Part shown: piece by piece, positions 11,287-18,612 of the stretch | Position numbering within the stretch: the stretch's first letter is position 1 | How the letters are laid out: every line of letters starts with the position of its first letter | Assembly (NCBI GenBank): GCA_964351855.1 | Contig: CAYGQD010000008.1 | Span: 5,937-69,936 of the forward strand | Direction of reading: 5' to 3' | Source of the DNA: an uncultured Verrucomicrobiales bacterium | GTDB lineage: Bacteria; Verrucomicrobiota; Verrucomicrobiia; Verrucomicrobiales; DEV007 | DNA length: 64,000 bases | Translations under genes and position numbers: made by a program | The notes under the pieces: model-generated | Database searches by the model: none | What the model saw: the letters and a program-made list of their open reading frames with translations, nothing else | What the model was told of the DNA's origin: nothing

Positions 11287-11802
11287 TTAATAAGAACTCA
11301 AAGGCTCAAAATTGTTCGGAAACACGACAGCGCGTCCCAAATCAGAAGCATCAAAGACAATTTTCAAACCTGCGCCGACTTCACCTGGCTCTGCGAGTTG
11401 AAAGAACGTTCCATTCCAAACCGCTCGATAGTCGCTTGCTGAGCCGGACAACGGAGGATCGTAGTCAGGTCTCATGTAGGGAGCTCCAGGATCTGATTGA
11501 GCTGCATCCGGGTGATTCCACTGCATCGCCCGGAGAATATCGAATTCCTCGAACGAAGAGCTTGTATTTGCAGGCACGCTTAAAATGTCCGTACTCCGGA
11601 GCTGAACATACTTTTTGACGGCTTGGTTGAGAGTCTCAACATGGTTCTCTGCAACCGTTCTTTTCGAAGTATCTACAATTCGCTCATACACACCAATCGA
11701 ACTCGCCGCCAAAATTCCAATAACGGTCACGGTCACGACCATTTCAATCAATGAAATTCCGTGAGAACACCTCTTACTGGTAGGAGATTGGCAGCTTCTC
11801 AT
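11287..11802 (-). CDS. minor pilin / pseudopilin (prepilin-type N-terminal methylation domain)
   Basis: G|ISLIEMVVTVTVIGILAA class III signal and hydrophobic alpha1-N helix. 171 aa. Confidence 0.75.
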   Translation of the reverse strand: MRSCQSPTSKRCSHGISLIEMVVTVTVIGILAASSIGVYERIVDTSKRTVAENHVETLNQAVKKYVQLRSTDILSVPANTSSSFEEFDILRAMQWNHPDAAQSDPGAPYMRPDYDPPLSGSASDYRAVWNGTFFQLAEPGEVGAGLKIVFDASDLGRAVVFPNNFEPLSSY

Positions 11803-11808
11803 TCGTCT

Positions 11809-12210
11809 TTAGTAGGTAATGGCAGTGCCGCCGGAATCCGCCAAAGCAACCTTACTGAGGGTCGCGATGGATGTGGGAAGTGTAATCGTGTATCCACCCG
11901 GCATATAGTCGGTGAATGCATCCGGCGCAAAGGCTAGGTAAGGCTTGATCAAGGCGTAACGCGCAGAGGCGTTCGCGGCCCCGCTCCATCCGGTCACGGA
12001 AGCAGAACGCCCTTGAGCCTGAATAAACGAAGCAAGCGCCATGTTCACGGCCTCCGCTCGGGCTATCGCCAAATTCACCTCACTGTCTTCCTGCATCTGG
12101 ACGATGTTCGGAATTGCGATGAACGCAAGAATCCCGAGAAGAACGGTTGCGGTCAGCACCTCGACTAGGGAAAATCCACGATTTCGTGATTTGGTATCTG
12201 AAATTCTCAC
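11809..12210 (-). CDS. minor pilin / pseudopilin
   Basis: RNRG|FSLVEVLTATVLLGILAFIA prepilin motif with Glu at +5. 133 aa. Confidence 0.75.
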   Translation of the reverse strand: MRISDTKSRNRGFSLVEVLTATVLLGILAFIAIPNIVQMQEDSEVNLAIARAEAVNMALASFIQAQGRSASVTGWSGAANASARYALIKPYLAFAPDAFTDYMPGGYTITLPTSIATLSKVALADSGGTAITY

Positions 12211-12232
12211 AATGTTGTTCTTTTTGAAGGGG

Positions 12233-12685
12233 TTAAGGAAGAGATTTTACCAGGTCGACTTTCGGGTAAGAACCGTCCACCCAGCTCCCTAGAGAGATGT
12301 GCCATCCTAGTCGGCGGGTCGCCTCAGAGGTTACCTCGTCAGACTGTTGGATCTGGCCTTGTTGATAGAAATGGTTGTAACTCTCGTCGTCCAGATAGGC
12401 CCGAACGAGATTCAATCTAGCCTCGCTTGTGGCGGCCCCATTGTAGGTAGAACGCACAGTGGAAACAGAGTTACTACTTGAAAGATTTCCGACCACCCAT
12501 CCGTTCACAGCGGTCTGAATGGAGGCTTGCTGCTGCCGCGCCACGATTTCCCTTGCATCTTCCGCCCCATTCGAAAATGCACCAATTGCCAGAGCCGACA
12601 TAATGCCAACTACAGCAATCACAATCACAAGTTCAACAAACGTAAATCCACACTGTAAACTGGAATTTTGTGGGGATGTTTTCAT
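12233..12685 (-). CDS. minor pilin / pseudopilin
   Basis: QCG|FTFVELVIVIAVVGIMSALA prepilin motif. 150 aa. Confidence 0.75.
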   Translation of the reverse strand: MKTSPQNSSLQCGFTFVELVIVIAVVGIMSALAIGAFSNGAEDAREIVARQQQASIQTAVNGWVVGNLSSSNSVSTVRSTYNGAATSEARLNLVRAYLDDESYNHFYQQGQIQQSDEVTSEATRRLGWHISLGSWVDGSYPKVDLVKSLP

Positions 12686-12720
12686 TTGGATGAACGATTT
12701 AAAATTTGGATGAACAAAAT

Positions 12721-12746
12721 GGGGGACCGGCCGAGGCCGGCCCCCC
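12721..12746 (-). terminator. GC-rich hairpin (possible intrinsic terminator/attenuator) downstream of the major pilin gene
   Basis: gggggaccggccgaggccggcccccc forms a strong GC stem. On the minus strand it is followed by AUUUUGUU. It lies between the major pilin stop (12791) and the next pilin start (12685). Confidence 0.45.
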
Positions 12747-12790
12747 TGAACTTAATTAGATTCAAGAGATGAAAATCTCACTCATGAACA

Positions 12791-13183
12791 TTAGGCATCT
12801 TCACGATAGATCAGCATCGCATTGCTGATGCTCAGGTAAGCTTCGGCCTTATCTTGCTCAGTACCACTCAAGTTCGGCACACCAAAGAAGGTGTTGAAGA
12901 AGGGGCTGCTGGTGTCAGTGATCGTGCTTCCAGTGACGATCGCAGCGACAGTCGCGCTAACGTCGGTTCCAGAAACGAAGTCATGACCAGCGGCTTGAGC
13001 TGCGTTACAAACGGAGGAGAGTTGTTGTGCGTTACGACGATCTTTCGATTCGTTAGCAGCATCGTTGATGCGGCCAATATTCGGAACAGCAACCGCTGCA
13101 AGAATACCGATCACGGCGATAACAACCAGCATTTCGACAAGCGAGAATGCACCGTTTTGAGACTTAAGGTTTGTTTGTGTCAT
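12791..13183 (-). CDS. putative major pilin (prepilin-type N-terminal domain)
   Basis: MTQTNLKSQNGAFSLVEMLVVIAVIGILAAVAVPN. 130 aa. It has its own AT-rich upstream region and a downstream hairpin, as is usual for a highly expressed structural pilin. Confidence 0.8.
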   Translation of the reverse strand: MTQTNLKSQNGAFSLVEMLVVIAVIGILAAVAVPNIGRINDAANESKDRRNAQQLSSVCNAAQAAGHDFVSGTDVSATVAAIVTGSTITDTSSPFFNTFFGVPNLSGTEQDKAEAYLSISNAMLIYREDA

Positions 13184-13266
13184 AGTAGTTATAGTTTATT
13201 AGTTTGAGAGGCCTGTAACTTAATCGGTTTTTTTATAATTTCAATAACTTTTGTTATTAATTATAA
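13184..13266 (-). promoter_or_regulatory. AT-rich upstream region of the major pilin gene (probable promoter)
   Basis: 83-bp strongly AT-rich spacer between the pilC stop and the pilin start. No confident -35/-10 or sigma-54 element could be assigned by eye. Confidence 0.35.
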
Positions 13267-14493
13267 TTATTTCTTAAACAACAGGGCATCTCCCAAGCTG
13301 AAAATTGGCGAGTAGATCGCATAGATCAGGAAAGCCACCATGCTCCCCAAAATGACGATCGTTGCCGGCTCAATAATCTTATCGATCTGACTGGCGATGA
13401 CATCCAACTCCTCTTCATAGTCATCAGAGATCTCATTGAGAGGCTCCGCCCCAGTTCCCGTCTCCCCTGCAATCTCCATCACTCCACAAATTGTTCGACT
13501 ATCTTCACCCAACCAATGGGATTCCAGCAGAAAGCTTTCCGGAAGAGTCCTTCCGACACTGATGTGGTTTCTGATTCGGGAGAAAAACTCTTTGTAATAG
13601 AGATGAGAAGCACTCTGCGAGGTAATTTCCAGAGCGGTATTCAATCTGACGTTAGCTTCCACCAACATTGCCAAACAACGAAAACTCGTCGCTGCCGCTG
13701 ATTTTCGCACAATATTTCCGATTACCGGAATCTTGATGAAGAACTTTTGAACCGAAGGAAGCTTCTGAATTTTCCCCCAGTTCCTGAAGAAAAGAAACAG
13801 ACCAATAAATGGGAAGAGGGCCGTCCACGGATACTGGACCATCGTGTCAGAAAACTTCATGAGAATCGTGGTGGCGAGTGGAAGCTCTGAACCCAACGAT
13901 GTGTAAAGTTTCGCCATCGCCGGAATCAGAGTGAAGCTCATGGCAATGATGACTCCGATCCCGAGCGTGACGACGATAGCCGGATAGATCATCCCGGAGC
14001 GAAGCTTGCGAACGATCGCCAAGGTTTTACGCTGCGAGAATCCAACCCGCCGGAAAACAGTTGGTAGCTGTCCCGCTTCTTCCCCTGCCCGCAACAATGC
14101 AACGACATCCGGACTGAACAGATCTTCATGCTTGCCCATCGCATCACTGATCGGCTCGCCACTTTGAAGATCGGCGCAGATTTCAGCGATGGCTCCCCGA
14201 TAGCGAGGAGACTTCACCCGGTTGGTTTGTAGTTGGAATGACTTTACCGTCGGAATACTTCTTTCGAAACATTTCGCCAAGCCGTTAAACAGAGCAACTC
14301 TGTCAGCCAAAGAAGGCTTGGGAAGCGTCAATCGCTGGATGATTTCGTCAATCCCGCTGATATCTGCGATTTCCGCCGTCTCATTCGATGTTTGCCCGGC
14401 CCCGATGATCGCACGCTCATCGCTGTACGTATCTACGATCAGTGGGATTGCCCGTTTGGTATGGACGTTCGTGAGTGTGACCTTCTTCAGCAT
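13267..14493 (-). CDS. type IV pilus / T2SS inner-membrane platform protein (PilC/GspF family)
   Basis: 408 aa with two GspF-type repeats, each followed by hydrophobic helices (GMIYPAIVVTLGIGVIIAM; IIEPATIVILGSMVAFLIYAIYSPIF). Confidence 0.9.
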   Translation of the reverse strand: MLKKVTLTNVHTKRAIPLIVDTYSDERAIIGAGQTSNETAEIADISGIDEIIQRLTLPKPSLADRVALFNGLAKCFERSIPTVKSFQLQTNRVKSPRYRGAIAEICADLQSGEPISDAMGKHEDLFSPDVVALLRAGEEAGQLPTVFRRVGFSQRKTLAIVRKLRSGMIYPAIVVTLGIGVIIAMSFTLIPAMAKLYTSLGSELPLATTILMKFSDTMVQYPWTALFPFIGLFLFFRNWGKIQKLPSVQKFFIKIPVIGNIVRKSAAATSFRCLAMLVEANVRLNTALEITSQSASHLYYKEFFSRIRNHISVGRTLPESFLLESHWLGEDSRTICGVMEIAGETGTGAEPLNEISDDYEEELDVIASQIDKIIEPATIVILGSMVAFLIYAIYSPIFSLGDALLFKK

Positions 14494-14585
14494 TGTTGTC
14501 TTGTGGAGGTGTTTATTGCAAGATGAGGACGCCCTGCAGCAATCCGAAATCCAGATTGAGAGAGCGCCCTTCGAAAATGAAAGGA

Positions 14586-15197
14586 TTATGGCTTTGCGGC
14601 TAGAGTCGATTCGACATCTTCGTTTCCAGCATTGACGTCAATCCAAGCCCGCTTCCGCTCCCCTGATTTTCCAAGGGCTGATTGACCGGGCAGCACGATT
14701 TGCACCAAGGGTTCCATATTGATCGCGATCAAAATTTTCCGACCATCTTCCACTTTGTTGCCGGCTTCACTCAACCAAGCCAACTCAACCTCTTCGTTCG
14801 TCACTCGAGAAACATAGAGCTTGTCGTTCTGATTGGGAAGCAATTGAGGCACACTGGATCCTTCGGAAAACCGAAGATCGCCATATAGCACCGTCCGCAC
14901 ATTCCCATTGAAGTCGCGGCTAAATCCGCGGACCTTAAGGCCTTCCAGAATCTGCATAATCTGGGACGCCTCGCTCTTCAAATCGGTCGCGACCTTCTGT
15001 TCAGCAACTCGGGCGGCGTATGGATTACGCTCTACCGGATCCACTTTGACTCCTTTTCGAGAGGTCGGCAGAATACCAATCTCCGAAGTCAGCTTTCTTT
15101 CACCAGCCTCAGCAGGAGCTTCTTGAGAAGCACCAGATAAGGGAAAGAACAGCAAAGCGCCAAACGAAACAATGCTCAGTTTTATTTGAATATTCAT
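14586..15197 (-). CDS. secreted hypothetical protein in the PilP position
   Basis: Signal peptide MNIQIKLSIVSFGALLFFPLSGA. The assignment rests on gene order after the PilN/PilO-like genes and weak beta-rich C-terminal similarity only. Confidence 0.4.
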   Translation of the reverse strand: MNIQIKLSIVSFGALLFFPLSGASQEAPAEAGERKLTSEIGILPTSRKGVKVDPVERNPYAARVAEQKVATDLKSEASQIMQILEGLKVRGFSRDFNGNVRTVLYGDLRFSEGSSVPQLLPNQNDKLYVSRVTNEEVELAWLSEAGNKVEDGRKILIAINMEPLVQIVLPGQSALGKSGERKRAWIDVNAGNEDVESTLAAKP

Positions 15198-15215
15198 TAC
15201 CGTAATTCTTGAATG

Positions 15216-15752
15216 TTAGCTTTTTACGATGGGCAGATCGACAATCAGCTCCATGCCCAAATCGTCTCCGGAATCCCCTCGGTAGAGTTTACAGCTCGTC
15301 ACCCGAGAAGTCGGCAGTTCCTCCTCTAACGCAGAAAACCAATTGAAGGCTTTCGAATATTCGTCCTCGATCGTGACATGGGCCCGGAGAATGTACTCGA
15401 ACACAGGATCGTTCATATTGCTGATCAACTCAAAGCGCTGAGAAACGGCAAAGACCTCCGCACGCTTCACGAGATCAATAATTCGCTGCTCAGAAGATTG
15501 AGGACTGCGGGTCGCCCGAAGGTAAGGCTCCCACTCCGCGTAGAATTGCCGCAGATTGGAAGTCTCCGCCTCCAGCGTATCAAGGGATACCTTCGCCGTA
15601 CTATATGCTTGCTGAGCTTGCATCGCGCTCTGTTTTTCGGCTGCGGCCTCTTTACGAACCACCGTCATCTTCTTATAGGATTTTTGAGTCCCGTAGACCA
15701 GACACACGACGATGAGCATCAAAACCAAGCAGGCTGTTTGTTTATCTTTCAT
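15216..15752 (-). CDS. bitopic membrane protein, PilO-like by position and architecture
   Basis: N-terminal TM (ACLVLMLIVVCLVYG) followed by a coiled-coil segment and a small globular domain. No strong sequence motif. Confidence 0.45.
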   Translation of the reverse strand: MKDKQTACLVLMLIVVCLVYGTQKSYKKMTVVRKEAAAEKQSAMQAQQAYSTAKVSLDTLEAETSNLRQFYAEWEPYLRATRSPQSSEQRIIDLVKRAEVFAVSQRFELISNMNDPVFEYILRAHVTIEDEYSKAFNWFSALEEELPTSRVTSCKLYRGDSGDDLGMELIVDLPIVKS

Positions 15753-15780
15753 TAAATCTTCTCAGGTGAATGTTCGAATC

Positions 15781-16350
15781 TCAATTCCCAGATGTCGCCT
15801 GGCTATTTTGGAATACCAGAGTGGCTCGATAGTCCACCGAGTCTTGATCCTTCTGTTGCTGGGCTGAATACGCTCTAAAATCCAACTCCATCCAACTATT
15901 CAACACATCTTCCAAAACGGTGCTATTTACTCCATCCAGCTTCAGATTCAGCTTCAGTTGCCGGGGAAGCTCGCCATTGCGAGACATTACTACTTCGGCC
16001 AAAGTCGCTTCATCTCCGACACTTCGTGAAATGGCCACACAAAGCGGCTGAAGCGAGTGAGCTCCTTCGAGCCATTTGGCAACCACTTGAGCCTGCGTAT
16101 TCAAGGTCTCGATTTTTTGACGATCTTGACCCAGTTGAACATTTTTCGCCTGAAACTGGCGCGATTGAGTAGACCACTGTTCCCTCGCTTTCTTGGATTT
16201 CGAGTGACCCATCTCAAACCAAACCAGCGATGTGGTGCAGAGCAAGACCGCCGCGTAGAAAAGAATTGGGACGAACCGAAGAGCTGCAGGAAGCCCCTTG
16301 GAGACTTCACGCCGTTCTGACTTCAGGTCGTGACAGATACCGTTTTCCAT
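15781..16350 (-). CDS. bitopic membrane protein, PilN-like by position and architecture
   Basis: Short cytoplasmic N-terminus, TM (FVPILFYAAVLLCTTSLVWF), then coiled coil. Confidence 0.45.
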   Translation of the reverse strand: MENGICHDLKSERREVSKGLPAALRFVPILFYAAVLLCTTSLVWFEMGHSKSKKAREQWSTQSRQFQAKNVQLGQDRQKIETLNTQAQVVAKWLEGAHSLQPLCVAISRSVGDEATLAEVVMSRNGELPRQLKLNLKLDGVNSTVLEDVLNSWMELDFRAYSAQQQKDQDSVDYRATLVFQNSQATSGN

Positions 16351-16369
16351 AGCTAGATTTGTTAAAGGA

Positions 16370-17242
16370 TTAGTTTTGAGCTAGAACCATCCAAAGATGA
16401 TTGGGCTGAGTAACATCTTCGGCACCATAGGGCTGGAGATGAGCATAGAGATTTTGAGCAAACGCGGTTCCCGGTTGGTCGTGGAGAAGCACGATGGAAG
16501 ACCCTGGCTCCATTCCATTGAGGAGCGGCGTAGCAATCGTCATCAGAGGTTCAATATCGCCGCCAGAATAGACCCCACTTCGTGAACGAAGCTCGCTCCA
16601 TTGCCCTTTCCGCTGGACCAACACACAGACCGATCCATCACAGCAAGCTAGAAGAACCACGTCTTTTCCAACGCTTCCCTTGCGTGCATCATGCTGTCGA
16701 CGCAGATAATCTTCAACCATGGCGAAGAGCCCACAAGCAACCCGAGCCGGTTTGAGGCCATTATCGAGGAGCGCGTCTTCGATCGTTTTGATCATTGATT
16801 CTTCACAGGCGAGCAACAAACTCGCACTCGTCTCTGGATTGTGATGAATCGCATATCGCTTGCTTCGATCATATTTGGTTCCGATGACAGCTCTCGCATT
16901 GGCGCGAATCATTCGATCAGCCCCAGGCTTTCGTGAAAGATTCGATTCCAACGTAATCATGAAGCGATTGTTCAGCGATAGAACGACCCAGCCTCCATCG
17001 GTCAAAGAACGCCATTCGTCAGCCATTTCGGAAGCAACGGACATAAACTCCCCATCGAGATGCCCCCCCTGACCAATCACTCCTTTTCGATCAACGGGAC
17101 GCCAGGAAACCTGTCCTTTGCCGACATTGATTGAAAGAAATCGCTTACCGGCAAGCCGTTTAGGGATAGCTGCTGAACTATCATCGGGATCGGGCCGAAA
17201 AGCCTGGAACGTCAATACGTCCTTTATATCATCAAGTTTCAT
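16370..17242 (-). CDS. PilM-like (actin-fold) pilus assembly protein
   Basis: LSINVGKGQV, VVLSLNNRFM, LLLACEESMIKTIEDALLDNGLKPARV and VVLLACCDGSVCV segments line up with the PilM/FtsA-like fold. 290 aa is shorter than typical PilM. Confidence 0.5.
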   Translation of the reverse strand: MKLDDIKDVLTFQAFRPDPDDSSAAIPKRLAGKRFLSINVGKGQVSWRPVDRKGVIGQGGHLDGEFMSVASEMADEWRSLTDGGWVVLSLNNRFMITLESNLSRKPGADRMIRANARAVIGTKYDRSKRYAIHHNPETSASLLLACEESMIKTIEDALLDNGLKPARVACGLFAMVEDYLRRQHDARKGSVGKDVVLLACCDGSVCVLVQRKGQWSELRSRSGVYSGGDIEPLMTIATPLLNGMEPGSSIVLLHDQPGTAFAQNLYAHLQPYGAEDVTQPNHLWMVLAQN

Positions 17243-17249
17243 ATATTCG

Positions 17250-18305
17250 TTAGCTTGGGAGTAGTTCTTCTCTTTCCAGATACTCTAGGACTTCATGATC
17301 TGAATAACCGGAATTGAATACCAGCCCAGATGGACGCCAGCCCTCGAACTGGCGCTGCTCAATGCTGCGCTCGAAGTTGTACATCCCCTTGCTTTGACCA
17401 ACCTCCAGTTCTTGGTCCAGCTTCTTGAATTCACCTCGGCGGATCATGGCGCAGACAGAATCGTATTGAAGGAGAAGCTCATGGACGGGAAAACGTTTCC
17501 CTTTCGTCTCGTCCAAAAGGAGCCGCTGACAAAGAATGGCTCTCATGGAGTCCGCAAAAGATAGAATGGCGTTTTCTACCCGTTCCGCCGGAACGAGCTT
17601 CAGGAAACGCTGGACCGTCTGAGCAGCAGAAGATGTGTGGAGGGTGGCCACAACGACGTGACCCGTTTCAGCTGCCTGCAAAGCAATTTCAGCAGTCTCC
17701 CCATCGCGAATCTCTCCGACAACAATGACATCAGGTGCCTGACGCAATGCAGCGCGCAACGAAGTGGCAAAGTCGTGTTCATCAGTACCCATCTCTCGTT
17801 GAGAAATGAGAGAGGGCAGACCATCGGGATAGAGATATTCGATAGGATCCTCAAAGGTGATGATGTGCTCTTGGCGCCGCTGGGCTCGGGCGAGAACGAG
17901 AGAGGCAATGGTGGTGGATTTTCCACTGCCGGTCGCCCCACAGACGAGAAAAAGACCATTCTTTGCCTCGAGGAAAGATTTGATTGCGGCTGGAGGCACC
18001 AAGATGTTTCGAAGCTCGGGAATTGATTCCGGGAGCAATCTCATCACCCAACGCGGCCTTCCCTTCGTCACCATCCGGCTTACCCGAAATCGACGCCCAC
18101 CCAAAGACATTGCATAGTCTTCACAACCAGGACCGAAATTAAAATTCACCTGAGGCTGATAGACGAAGGAATCAAAGTGCAGCTTTCCGTTGTACTTGTA
18201 GCTCAACTGCTCCCAAGGTGTGATGTAAAAATCACTGACGCCAGAGTCTTGCGAAAGATGCAAGATGCGATGGCCTAGGGGCGACCTTTCGTTGATTTCT
18301 TCCAT
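17250..18305 (-). CDS. pilT: PilT-family retraction-type ATPase
   Basis: 351 aa. Walker A GATGSGKST, Asp box, Walker B VIVVGEIRD, His box ATLHTSSAAQTVQR. It has no long N-terminal domain, as expected for PilT/PilU. Confidence 0.85.
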   Translation of the reverse strand: MEEINERSPLGHRILHLSQDSGVSDFYITPWEQLSYKYNGKLHFDSFVYQPQVNFNFGPGCEDYAMSLGGRRFRVSRMVTKGRPRWVMRLLPESIPELRNILVPPAAIKSFLEAKNGLFLVCGATGSGKSTTIASLVLARAQRRQEHIITFEDPIEYLYPDGLPSLISQREMGTDEHDFATSLRAALRQAPDVIVVGEIRDGETAEIALQAAETGHVVVATLHTSSAAQTVQRFLKLVPAERVENAILSFADSMRAILCQRLLLDETKGKRFPVHELLLQYDSVCAMIRRGEFKKLDQELEVGQSKGMYNFERSIEQRQFEGWRPSGLVFNSGYSDHEVLEYLEREELLPS

Positions 18306-18612
18306 TTGGTATTAAATTTGTAGTGGTTAAAAGAGGGCCAAAGGAGCCATGGGTGCTCACGCTTTGATATTTACCATAAATATCGCCATTAATAGAATAA
18401 TCGATTTTCAAAAAGTAGTAAACCTTTTTTAATTTTATTTTAGGCCTGACTATCAATAGCCCACTTCTCGCGCAGGTATTTCCTCACCAAGGATAGTCAA
18501 AATTTTGCCGTTAAGTATAAAGATTATGATTTTAGCAATTTATATTGTTTTATTTGGGTAAATTTATGTTAGCATATTGTTGATAATCAAAGTAATTTAA
18601 TTATTTGCAAGA
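18306..18612. promoter_or_regulatory. extremely AT-rich divergent control region between pilT operon and secretin gene
   Basis: 307 bp. One 60-nt line (18541..18600) counts 11 G+C. Imperfect direct repeat TTAGCA(ATT)TATATTGTT at 18533..18549 and 18569..18581. Confidence 0.5.
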
